A DNA stretch of 64,000 nucleotides. It comes from Balanoglossus misakiensis (taxonomy: Eukaryota; Animalia; Hemichordata). Below the pieces are notes generated by a model. That model did no database searches. It saw nothing but the letters and a program-made list of their open reading frames with translations, and was not told where the DNA came from. A program made the translations under genes and the position numbers. Below, piece after piece: positions 51,101-64,000 of the stretch; position 1 is the stretch's first letter, and the number at the start of each line of letters is the position of its first letter. The stretch lies in contig CM082579.2 of NCBI GenBank assembly GCA_040954595.2, positions 14,422,550-14,486,549 of the forward strand, given 5' to 3'.

Positions 51101-54100
51101 TCAAAAAATGACAAAATTTTCGATTTTGTAAAATCACAAAATTTCGTCGATTTTTGATAAAAATCATGGGGGAAAATCATGAAAAAATGAAAAATTTTCC
51201 TCTTTGCAAAATCTCAAAATTTCGTCGATTTTTGAAAAAAAATCATGGGTGAAAATCATCAAAAAATGACAAATTTTCGACTTTGCAAAATCTCAAAATT
51301 TCGTCAATTTTTGAAAAAAATCATGTGTGAAAATCATCAAAAAATGACAAATTTTCGTCTTTGCAAAATCTCAAAATTTCGTCCATTTTTGAAAAAAAAT
51401 CATGGGTAAAAATCATCAAAAATGACAAATTTTCGTCTATGCAAAATCTCAAATTTTCGTCGATTTTTGAAAAAAAATCATGGTTGAAAATCATCAAAAA
51501 ATGACAAAATTTTCGACTTTGTAAAATCACAAAATTTCGTCGATTTTGAAACAAATCATAGGTTCGTCGATTTTTTTAAAAAAAACATGGGTGAAAATCA
51601 TCAAAAAATGACAAATTTTGAAAAAAAAACGGGTGAAAATCATCAAAAAATGACACATTTTCGTCGACTTTGCAAAATCTCAAAATTTCGTCGATTTTTG
51701 AAAAAAATCATGGGGGAAAATCATGAAAAAATGACAAATTTTCCTCTGCAAAATCTCAAAATTTCGTCGATTTTTAAAAAAAGACATTGGTGAAAATCAT
51801 CAAAAAATAACAAATTTTCGACTTTGCAAAATCTCAAAATTTCGTCCATTTTTGAAAAAAAATCATGGGTAAAAATCATCAAAAAATGACAAATTTTCGT
51901 CTTTGCAAAATCTCAAAATTTCGTCAATTTTTGAAAAAATCATGGGTGAAAATCATCAAAAAATGACAAATTTTCGTCTTTGCAAAATCTCAAAATTTCG
52001 TCCATTTTAAAAAAAAAACGGGGGAAAATCATCAAAAAATGACAAATTTTCGACTTTGCAAAATCTCAAAATTTCGTCGATTTTTGAAAAAAATCATGGG
52101 TGAAAATCATCAAAAAATGACAAATTTTCGACTTTGCAAAATCTCAAAATTTCGTCAATTTTTGAAAAAATCATTGGTGAAAATCATCAAAAAATGACAA
52201 ATTTTCGTCTTTGCAAAATCTCAAAATTTCGTCGGTTTTTGAAAAATAATATGGGTGAAAATCATCGAAAAATGACAAATTTTTGACTGCAAAATCTCAA
52301 AATTTCGTCGATTTTTGAAAAAAATCATGGGTGAAAATCATCAAAAAATGACAAATTTTCGACTTTGCAAAATCTCAAAATTTCGTCGGTTTTGAAAAAA
52401 ATCATGGGTTCGTCGATTTTTTAAAATAAAAACATGGGTAAAAATCATCAAAAAATGACAAATGTTCGACTTTGCAAAATCTAAAAATTTCGTCGATTTT
52501 TGAAAAAAAATCATGGGTGAAAATCATCAAAAAATGACAAATTTTCGTCTTTGCAAAATCTCAAAATTTCGTCCATTTTTGAAAAAAAATCATGGGTAAA
52601 AATCATCAAAAATGACAAATTTTCGTCTATGCAAAATCTCAAATTTTCGTCGATTTTTGAAAAAAAATCATGGTTGAAAATCATCAAAAAATGACAAAAT
52701 TTTCGACTTTGTAAAATCACAAAATTTCGTCGATTTTGAAACAAATCATAGGTTCGTCGATTTTTTTAAAAAAAACATGGGTGAAAATCATCAAAAAATG
52801 ACAAATTTTGAAAAAAAAACGGGTGAAAATCATCAAAAAATGACACATTTTCGTCGACTTTGCAAAATCTCAAAATTTCGTCGATTTTTGAAAAAAATCA
52901 TGGGGGAAAATCATGAAAAAATGACAAATTTTCCTCTGCAAAATCTCAAAATTTCGTCGATTTTTAAAAAAAGACATTGGTGAAAATCATCAAAAAATAA
53001 CAAATTTTCGACTTTGCAAAATCTCAAAATTTCGTCCATTTTTGAAAAAAAATCATGGGTAAAAATCATCAAAAAATGACAAATTTTCGTCTTTGCAAAA
53101 TCTCACAATTTCGTCGATTTTTGAAAACAATCATGTGTGAAAATCATCAAAAAATGACAAATTTTCGACTTTGCAAAATCTCAAAATTTCGTCAATTTTT
53201 GAAAAAATCATGGGTGAAAATCATCAAAAAATGACAAATTTTCGTCTTTGCAAAATCTCAAAATTTCGTCCATTTTAAAAAAAAAACGGGGGAAAATCAT
53301 CAAAAAATGACAAATTTTCGACTTTGCAAAATCTCAAAATTTCGTCAATTTTTGAAAAAATCATTGGTGAAAATCATCAAAAAATGACAAATTTTCGTCT
53401 TTGCAAAATCTCAAAATTTCGTCGGTTTTTGAAAAATAATATGGGTGAAAATCATCAAAAAATGACAAATTTTTGACTGCAAAATCTCAAAATTTCGTCG
53501 ATTTTTGAAAAAAATCATGGGTGAAAATCATCAAAAAATGACAAATTTTCGACTTTGCAAAATCTCAAAATTTCGTCGGTTTTGAAAAAAATCATGGGTT
53601 CGTCGATTTTTTAAAATAAAAACATGGGTAAAAATCATCAAAAAATGACAAATGTTCGACTTTGCAAAATCTAAAAATTTCGTCGATTTTTGAAAAAAAA
53701 TCATGGGTGAAAATCATCAAAAAATGACAAATTTTCGTCTTTGCAAAATCTCAAAATTTCGTCCATTTTTGAAAAAAAATCATGGGTAAAAATCATCAAA
53801 AATGACAAATTTTCGACTTTGCAAAATCTCAAAATTTTGTTGATTTTTGAAAAAAATCATAGATGAAAATCATCAAAAAATGACAAATTTTCGACTTTGC
53901 AAAATCTCAAAATTTCGTCGATTTTTGAAGAAAATCATGGGTGAAAATCATCAAAAAATGACAAATTTTGAAAAAAAAACGGGTGAAATTCATCAAAAAA
54001 TGACAAATTTTCCTCTTTGCAAAATCTCAAAATTTCGTCGATTTTTGAAAAAAATCATGGGTGAAAATCATGAAAAAATGACAAATTTTCCTCTTTGCAA

Positions 54101-57100
54101 AATCTCAAAATTTCGTCGTTTTTTGAAAAAAAATCATGGGTGAAAATCATCAAAAAATGACAAATTTTCGTCTTTGCAAAATCTCAAATTTTCGTCGATT
54201 TTTGAAAAAAAATCATGGTTGAAAATCATCAAAAAATGACAAAATTTTCGATTTTGTAAAATCACAAAATTTCGTCGATTTTTGATAAAAATCATGGGGG
54301 AAAATCATGAAAAAATGAAAAATTTTCCTCTTTGCAAAATCTCAAAATTTCGTCGATTTTTGAAAAAAAATCATGGGTGAAAATCATCAAAAAATGACAA
54401 ATTTTCGACTTTGCAAAATCTCAAAATTTCGTCAATTTTTGAAAAAAATCATGTGTGAAAATCATCAAAAAATGACAAATTTTCGTCTTTGCAAAATCTC
54501 AAAATTTCGTCCATTTTTGAAAAAAAATCATGGGTAAAAATCATCAAAAATGACAAATTTTCGTCTATGCAAAATCTCAAATTTTCGTCGATTTTTGAAA
54601 AAAAATCATGGTTGAAAATCATCAAAAAATGACAAAATTTTCGACTTTGTAAAATCACAAAATTTCGTCGATTTTGAAACAAATCATAGGTTCGTCGATT
54701 TTTTTAAAAAAAACATGGGTGAAAATCATCAAAAAATGACAAATTTTGAAAAAAAAACGGGTGAAAATCATCAAAAAATGACACATTTTCGTCGACTTTG
54801 CAAAATCTCAAAATTTCGTCGATTTTTGAAAAAAATCATGGGGGAAAATCATGAAAAAATGACAAATTTTCCTCTGCAAAATCTCAAAATTTCGTCGATT
54901 TTTAAAAAAAGACATTGGTGAAAATCATCAAAAAATAACAAATTTTCGACTTTGCAAAATCTCAAAATTTCGTCCATTTTTGAAAAAAAATCATGGGTAA
55001 AAATCATCAAAAAATGACAAATTTTCGTCTTTGCAAAATCTCACAATTTCGTCGATTTTTGAAAACAATCATGTGTGAAAATCATCAAAAAATGACAAAT
55101 TTTCGACTTTGCAAAATCTCAAAATTTCGTCAATTTTTGAAAAAATCATGGGTGAAAATCATCAAAAAATGACAAATTTTCGTCTTTGCAAAATCTCAAA
55201 ATTTCGTCCATTTTAAAAAAAAAACGGGGGAAAATCATCAAAAAATGACAAATTTTCGACTTTGCAAAATCTCAAAATTTCGTCGATTTTTGAAAAAAAT
55301 CATGGGTGAAAATCATCAAAAAATGACAAATTTTCGACTTTGCAAAATCTCAAAATTTCGTCAATTTTTGAAAAAATCATTGGTGAAAATCATCAAAAAA
55401 TGACAAATTTTCGTCTTTGCAAAATCTCAAAATTTCGTCGGTTTTTGAAAAATAATATGGGTGAAAATCATCGAAAAATGACAAATTTTTGACTGCAAAA
55501 TCTCAAAATTTCGTCGATTTTTGAAAAAAATCATGGGTGAAAATCATCAAAAAATGACAAATTTTCGACTTTGCAAAATCTCAAAATTTCGTCGGTTTTG
55601 AAAAAAATCATGGGTTCGTCGATTTTTTAAAATAAAAACATGGGTAAAAATCATCAAAAAATGACAAATGTTCGACTTTGCAAAATCTAAAAATTTCGTC
55701 GATTTTTGAAAAAAAATCATGGGTGAAAATCATCAAAAAATGACAAATTTTCGTCTTTGCAAAATCTCAAAATTTCGTCCATTTTTGAAAAAAAATCATG
55801 GGTAAAAATCATCAAAAATGACAAATTTTCGTCTATGCAAAATCTCAAATTTTCGTCGATTTTTGAAAAAAAATCATGGTTGAAAATCATCAAAAAATGA
55901 CAAAATTTTCGACTTTGTAAAATCACAAAATTTCGTCGATTTTGAAACAAATCATAGGTTCGTCGATTTTTTTAAAAAAAACATGGGTGAAAATCATCAA
56001 AAAATGACAAATTTTGAAAAAAAAACGGGTGAAAATCATCAAAAAATGACACATTTTCGTCGACTTTGCAAAATCTCAAAATTTCGTCGATTTTTGAAAA
56101 AAATCATGGGGGAAAATCATGAAAAAATGACAAATTTTCCTCTGCAAAATCTCAAAATTTCGTCGATTTTTAAAAAAAGACATTGGTGAAAATCATCAAA
56201 AAATAACAAATTTTCGACTTTGCAAAATCTCAAAATTTCGTCCATTTTTGAAAAAAAATCATGGGTAAAAATCATCAAAAAATGACAAATTTTCGTCTTT
56301 GCAAAATCTCACAATTTCGTCGATTTTTGAAAACAATCATGTGTGAAAATCATCAAAAAATGACAAATTTTCGACTTTGCAAAATCTCAAAATTTCGTCA
56401 ATTTTTGAAAAAATCATGGGTGAAAATCATCAAAAAATGACAAATTTTCGTCTTTGCAAAATCTCAAAATTTCGTCCATTTTAAAAAAAAAACGGGGGAA
56501 AATCATCAAAAAATGACAAATTTTCGACTTTGCAAAATCTCAAAATTTCGTCAATTTTTGAAAAAATCATTGGTGAAAATCATCAAAAAATGACAAATTT
56601 TCGTCTTTGCAAAATCTCAAAATTTCGTCGGTTTTTGAAAAATAATATGGGTGAAAATCATCAAAAAATGACAAATTTTTGACTGCAAAATCTCAAAATT
56701 TCGTCGATTTTTGAAAAAAATCATGGGTGAAAATCATCAAAAAATGACAAATTTTCGACTTTGCAAAATCTCAAAATTTCGTCGGTTTTGAAAAAAATCA
56801 TGGGTTCGTCGATTTTTTAAAATAAAAACATGGGTAAAAATCATCAAAAAATGACAAATGTTCGACTTTGCAAAATCTAAAAATTTCGTCGATTTTTGAA
56901 AAAAAATCATGGGTGAAAATCATCAAAAAATGACAAATTTTCGTCTTTGCAAAATCTCAAAATTTCGTCCATTTTTGAAAAAAAATCATGGGTAAAAATC
57001 ATCAAAAATGACAAATTTTCGACTTTGCAAAATCTCAAAATTTTGTTGATTTTTGAAAAAAATCATAGATGAAAATCATCAAAAAATGACAAATTTTCGA

Positions 57101-60100
57101 CTTTGCAAAATCTCAAAATTTCGTCGATTTTTGAAGAAAATCATGGGTGAAAATCATCAAAAAATGACAAATTTTGAAAAAAAAACGGGTGAAATTCATC
57201 AAAAAATGACAAATTTTCCTCTTTGCAAAATCTCAAAATTTCGTCGATTTTTGAAAAAAATCATGGGTGAAAATCATGAAAAAATGACAAATTTTCCTCT
57301 TTGCAAAATCTCAAAATTTCGTCGTTTTTTGAAAAAAAATCATGGGTGAAAATCATCAAAAAATGACAAATTTTCGTCTTTGCAAAATCTCAAAATTTTG
57401 TCCATTTTAGAAAAAAAATCATGGGTAAAAATCATCGAAAATGACAAATTTTCGTCTTTGCAAAATCTCAAATTTTCGTCGATTTTTGAAAAAAAAAACT
57501 GGTGAAAATCATCAAAAAATGACACATTTACGACTTTGCAAAATCACAAAATTTCGTCGATTTTTGAAAAAAAATCATGGGTGAAAATCATCAAAAAATG
57601 ACAAATTTTCGTCTTTGCAAAATCTCAAAATTTCGTCCATTTTTGAAAAAAAATCATGGGCAAAAAATCATCAAAAATGACAAATTTTCGTCTTTGCAAA
57701 ATCTCAAATTTTCGTCGATTTTTGAAAAAAAATCATGGTTGAAAATCATCAAAAAATGACAAAATTTTCGACTTTGTAAAATCACAAAATTTCGTCGATT
57801 TTTGAAAAAAATCATGGGGGAAAATCATGAAAAAATGACAAATTTTCCTCTTTGCAAAGTCTCAAAATTTCGTCCATTTTTGAAAAAAAATCATGGGTAA
57901 AAATCATCAAAAATGACAAATTTTTGTCTTTGCAAAATCTCAAATTTTCGTCGATTTTTGAAAAAAAATCATGGTTGAAAATCATCAAAAAATGACAAAA
58001 TTTTCAACTTTGTAAAATCACAAAATTTCGTCGATTTTGAAAAAAATCATAGGTTCGTCGATTTTTTAAAAAAAAAACATGGGTGAAAATCATGGAAAAA
58101 TGACAAATTTTGAAAAAAAACGGGTGAAAATCATCAAAAAATGACACATTTTCGTCGACTTTGCAAAATCTCAAAATTTCGTCGATTTTTGAAAAAAATC
58201 ATGGGGGAAAATCATGAAAAAATGACAAATTTTCCTCTTTGCAAAATCTCAAAATTTCGTCGATTTTTAAAAAAAGACATGGGTGAAAATCATCAAAAAA
58301 TAACAAATTTTCGACTTTGCAAAACCTCAAAATTTCGTCCATTTTTGAAAAAAAATCATGGGTAAAAATCATCAAAAAATGACAAATTTTCGTCTTTGCA
58401 AAATCTCACAATTTCGTCGATTTTTGAAAAAAAATCATGTGTGAAAATCATCAAAAAATGACAAATTTTCGACTTTGCAAAATCTCAAAATTTCGTCAAT
58501 TTTTGAAAAAATCATGGGTGAAAATCATCAAAAAATAACAAATTTTCGTCTTTGCAAAATCTCAAAATTTCGTCCATTTAAAAAAAAAACATGGGGGAAA
58601 ATCATCAAAAAAATAACAAATTTTCGACTTTGCAAAATCTCAAAATTTCGTCGATTTTTGAAAAAAAATAAGGGTGAAAATCATCAAAAAATGACAAATT
58701 TTCGACTTTGCAAAATCTCAAAATTTCGTCAGTTTTTGAAAAAAATCATGGGAGAAAATCATCAAAAAATGACAAATTTTGAAAAAAAAAAACGGGTGAA
58801 AATCATCAAAAAATGACACATTTTCCTCTGCAAAATCTCAAAATTTCGTCGTTTTTTGAAAAAAAATCATTGGTGAAAATCATCAAAAAATGACAAATTT
58901 TCGTCTTTGCAAAATCTCAAAATTTCGTCCATTTTTGAAAAAAAATCATGGGTAAAAATCATCAAAAATGACAAATTTTCGTCTTTGCAAAATGTCAAAT
59001 TTTCGTCGATTTTTGAAAAAAATCATGGGGGAAAATCATGAAAAAATGACAAATTTTCCTCTTTGCAAAATCTCAAAATTTAGTCGATTTTTGAAAAAAA
59101 TCATGGGTGAAAATCATGAAAAAATGACAAATTTTCCTCTTTGCAAAATATCAAAATTTCGTCGTTTTATGAAAAAAAATCATGGGTGAAAATCATCAAA
59201 AAATGACAAATTTTCGTCTTTGCAAAATCTCAAAATTTCGTCCATTTTTGAAAAAAAATCATGGGTAAAAATCATCAAAAATGACAAATTTTCGTCTTTG
59301 CAAAATCTCAAATTTTCGTCGATTTTTGAAAAAAATCATGGGGGAAAATCATGAAAAAATGACAAATTTTCCTCTTTGCAAAATCTCAAAATTTCGTCGT
59401 TTTATGAAAAAAAATCATGGGTGAAAATCATCAAAAAATAACAAATTTTCGACTTTGCAAAATCTCAAAATTTCGTCCATTTTTGAAAAAAAATCATGGG
59501 TAAAAATCATCAAAAAATGACAAATTTTGAAAAAAAAACGGGTGAAAATCATCAAAAAATGACACATTTTCGACTTTGCAAAATCTCAAAATTTCGTCAA
59601 TTTTTGAAAAAAAATCATGGGTGAAAATCATCAAAAAATGACAAATTTTCGTCTTTGCAAAATCTCAAAATTTCGTCCATTTCTGAAAAAAAATTATGGG
59701 TAAAAATCATCAAAAATGACAAATTTTCATCTTTGCAAAATCCCAAATTTTCGTCGATTTTTGAAAAAAAATCATGGTTGAAAATCATCAAAAAATGACA
59801 CATTTTCGTCTTTGCAAAATCTCAAAATTTTGTCCATTTTAGAAAAAAAATCATGGGTAAAAATCATCGAAAATGACAAATTTTCGTCTTTGCAAAATCT
59901 CAAATTTTCGTCGATTTTTGAAAAAAAAAACTGGTGAAAATCATCAAAAAATGACACATTTACGACTTTGCAAAATCACAAAATTTCGTCGATTTTTGAA
60001 AAAAAATCATGGGTGAAAATCATCAAAAAATGACAAATTTTCGTCTTTGCAAAATCTCAAAATTTCGTCCATTTTTGAAAAAAAATCATGGGCAAAAAAT

Positions 60101-63100
60101 CATCAAAAATGACAAATTTTCGTCTTTGCAAAATCTCAAATTTTCGTCGATTTTTGAAAAAAAATCATGGTTGAAAATCATCAAAAAATGACAAAATTTT
60201 CGACTTTGTAAAATCACAAAATTTCGTCGATTTTTGAAAAAAATCATGGGGGAAAATCATGAAAAAATGACAAATTTTCCTCTTTGCAAAGTCTCAAAAT
60301 TTCGTCCATTTTTGAAAAAAAATCATGGGTAAAAATCATCAAAAATGACAAATTTTTGTCTTTGCAAAATCTCAAATTTTCGTCGATTTTTGAAAAAAAA
60401 TCATGGTTGAAAATCATCAAAAAATGACAAAATTTTCAACTTTGTAAAATCACAAAATTTCGTCGATTTTGAAAAAAATCATAGGTTCGTCGATTTTTTA
60501 AAAAAAAAACATGGGTGAAAATCATGGAAAAATGACAAATTTTGAAAAAAAACGGGTGAAAATCATCAAAAAATGACACATTTTCGTCGACTTTGCAAAA
60601 TCTCAAAATTTCGTCGATTTTTGAAAAAAATCATGGGGGAAAATCATGAAAAAATGACAAATTTTCCTCTTTGCAAAATCTCAAAATTTCGTCGATTTTT
60701 AAAAAAAGACATGGGTGAAAATCATCAAAAAATAACAAATTTTCGACTTTGCAAAACCTCAAAATTTCGTCCATTTTTGAAAAAAAATCATGGGTAAAAA
60801 TCATCAAAAAATGACAAATTTTCGTCTTTGCAAAATCTCACAATTTCGTCGATTTTTGAAAAAAAATCATGTGTGAAAATCATCAAAAAATGACAAATTT
60901 TCGACTTTGCAAAATCTCAAAATTTCGTCAATTTTTGAAAAAATCATGGGTGAAAATCATCAAAAAATAACAAATTTTCGTCTTTGCAAAATCTCAAAAT
61001 TTCGTCCATTTAAAAAAAAAACATGGGGGAAAATCATCAAAAAATGACAAATTTTCGACTTTGCAAAATCTCAAAATTTCGTCGATTTTTGAAAAAAAAT
61101 AAGGGTGAAAATCATCAAAAAATGACAAATTTTCGACTTTGCAAAATCTCAAAATTTCGTCAGTTTTTGAAAAAAATCATGGGAGAAAATCATCAAAAAA
61201 TGACAAATTTTGAAAAAAAAAACGGGTGAAAATCATCAAAAAATGACACATTTTCCTCTGCAAAATCTCAAAATTTCGTCGTTTTTTGAAAAAAAATCAT
61301 TGGTGAAAATCATCAAAAAATGACAAATTTTCGTCTTTGCAAAATCTCAAAATTTCGTCCATTTTTGAAAAAAAATCATGGGTAAAAATCATCAAAAATG
61401 ACAAATTTTCGTCTTTGCAAAATGTCAAATTTTCGTCGATTTTTGAAAAAAATCATGGGGGAAAATCATGAAAAAATGACAAATTTTCCTCTTTGCAAAA
61501 TCTCAAAATTTAGTCGATTTTTGAAAAAAATCATGGGTGAAAATCATGAAAAAATGACAAATTTTCCTCTTTGCAAAATATCAAAATTTCGTCGTTTTAT
61601 GAAAAAAAATCATGGGTGAAAATCATCAAAAAATGACAAATTTTCGTCTTTGCAAAATCTCAAAATTTCGTCCATTTTTGAAAAAAAATCATGGGTAAAA
61701 ATCATCAAAAATGACAAATTTTCGTCTTTGCAAAATCTCAAATTTTCGTCGATTTTTGAAAAAAATCATGGGGGAAAATCATGAAAAAATGACAAATTTT
61801 CCTCTTTGCAAAATCTCAAAATTTCGTCGTTTTATGAAAAAAAATCATGGGTGAAAATCATCAAAAAATAACAAATTTTCGACTTTGCAAAATCTCAAAA
61901 TTTCGTCCATTTTTGAAAAAAAATCATGGGTAAAAATCATCAAAAAATGACAAATTTTGAAAAAAAAACGGGTGAAAATCATCAAAAAATGACACATTTT
62001 CGACTTTGCAAAATCTCAAAATTTCGTCAATTTTTGAAAAAAAATCATGGGTGAAAATCATCAAAAAATGACAAATTTTCGTCTTTGCAAAATCTCAAAA
62101 TTTCGTCCATTTCTGAAAAAAAATTATGGGTAAAAATCATCAAAAATGACAAATTTTCATCTTTGCAAAATCCCAAATTTTCGTCGATTTTTGAAAAAAA
62201 ATCATGGTTGAAAATCATCAAAAAATGACAAAATTTTCGACTTTGCAAAATCTCAAAATTTGGTCGATTTTTGAAAAAAATCATTGGGGAAAATCATGAA
62301 AAAATGACAAATTCTCCTCTTTGCAAAATCTCAAAATTTCGTCGATTTTTGAAAAAAAATCATGGGTGAAAATCATCAAAAAATAACAAATTTTCGACTT
62401 TGCAAAATCTCAAAATTTCGTCCATTTTTGAAAAAAAATCATGGGTGAAAATCATCAAAAAATGACAAATTTTCGTCTTTGCAAAATCTCAAATTTTCGT
62501 CGATTTTTGAAAAAAATCATGGGGGAAAATCATGAAAAAATGACAAATTTTCCTCTTTGCAAAATCTCAAAATTTCGTCGTTTTATGAAAAAAAATCATG
62601 GGTGAAAATCATCAAAAAATAACAAATTTTCGACTTTGCAAAATCTCAAAATTTCGTCCATTTTTGAAAAAAAATCATGGGTAAAAATCATCAAAAAATG
62701 ACAAATTTTAAAAAAAAAACGGGTGAAAATCATCAAAAAATGACACATTTTCGACTTTGCAAAATCTCAAAATTTCGTCAATTTTTGAAAAAAAATCATG
62801 GGTGAAAATCATCAAAAAATGACAAATTTTCGTCTTTGCAAAATCTCAAAATTTCGTCCATTTCTGAAAAAAAATTATGGGTAAAAATCATCAAAAATGA
62901 CAAATTTTCATCTTTGCAAAATCCCAAATTTTCGTCGATTTTTGAAAAAAAATCATGGTTGAAAATCATCAAAAAATGACAAAATTTTCGACTTTGCAAA
63001 ATCTCAAAATTTGGTCGATTTTTGAAAAAAATCATTGGGGAAAATCATGAAAAAATGACAAATTCTCCTCTTTGCAAAATCTCAAAATTTCGTCGATTTT

Positions 63101-64000
63101 TGAAAAAAATCATGGGTGAAAATCATGAAAAAATGACAAATTTTCCTCTTTGCAAAATATCAAAATTTCGTCGTTTTATGAAAAAAAATCATGGGTGAAA
63201 ATCATCAAAAAATGACAAATTTTCGTCTTTGCAAAATCTCAAAATTTCGTCCATTTTTGAAAAAAAAATCATGGGTAAAAATCATCAAAAATGACAAATT
63301 TTCGTCTTTGCAAAATCTCAAATTTTCGTCGATTTTTGAAAAAAATCATGGGGGAAAATCATGAAAAAATGACAAATTTTCGTCTTTGCAAAATCTCAAA
63401 TTTTCGTCGATTTTTGAAAAAAATCATGGGGGAAAATCATGAAAAAATGACAAATTTTCCTCTTTGCAAAATCTCAAAATTTCGTCGTTTTATGAAAAAA
63501 AATCATGGGTGAAAATCATCAAAAAATAACAAATTTTCGACTTTGCAAAATCTCAAAATTTCGTCCATTTTTGAAAAAAAATCATGGGTAAAAATCATCA
63601 AAAAATGACAAATTTTGAAAAAAAAACGGGTGAAAATCATCAAAAAATGACACATTTTCGACTTTGCAAAATCTCAAAATTTCGTCAATTTTTGAAAAAA
63701 AATCATGGGTGAAAATCATCAAAAAATGACAAATTTTCGTCTTTGCAAAATCTCAAAATTTCGTCCATTTCTGAAAAAAAATTATGGGTAAAAATCATCA
63801 AAAATGACAAATTTTCATCTTTGCAAAATCCCAAATTTTCGTCGATTTTTGAAAAAAAATCATGGTTGAAAATCATCAAAAAATGACAAAATTTTCGACT
63901 TTGCAAAATCTCAAAATTTGGTCGATTTTTGAAAAAAATCATTGGGGAAAATCATGAAAAAATGACAAATTCTCCTCTTTGCAAAATCTCAAAATTTCGT
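42173..64000. repeat. 78-79-bp AT-rich satellite DNA with higher-order repeats (runs off the window end)
   Basis: Monomer TCATGGGTGAAAATCATCAAAAAATGACAAATTTTCGACTTTGCAAAATCTCAAAATTTCGTCGATTTTTGAAAAAAA (42301-42378). Roughly 280 monomers, with recurrent truncated variants. Confidence 0.99.

Noticed and set aside
42040-63942. Dozens of K/F/N-rich ORFs
   Set aside because: They are translations of the 78-bp satellite monomer, broken by A-run length variation.
42173-64000. CENP-B box (TTCG...CGGG words in some variants)
   Set aside because: The spacing between TTCG and CGGG does not fit the 17-bp NTTCGNNNNANNCGGGN consensus.

Overview
Repeat-dominated eukaryotic DNA, most likely from an invertebrate animal (GT-AG introns, L2/CR1- and RTE-X-like LINEs, Helentron-type and TTAA MITEs). 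I found no intact protein-coding gene, rRNA, tRNA or CRISPR array. Layout: a 90/75/74-bp tandem array (1-3750); several short minisatellites (4.1-6.4 kb); a mosaic of Helentron-associated (HINE-like) repeats, MITEs and LINE fragments; a diverged tandem duplication (about 12.2-17.4 kb vs 20.0-23.9 kb); an orphan P/Q/Y-rich exon; a frameshifted, intron-containing hAT (ZNF862-like) transposase; a nested stack of transposons (32.3-37.7 kb); and a 78-79-bp satellite with layered higher-order repeats from 42.17 kb to the window end. The most unusual signal is inside the duplication. Each copy carries two minus-strand micro-exons (75 and 73 nt) that share splice flanks and short motifs, but whose central cores are reverse-complementary. 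Splicing them together would build a long hairpin with the exon junction at the base pair closing the apical loop. All alignments and identities were judged by eye; nothing was computed or searched.
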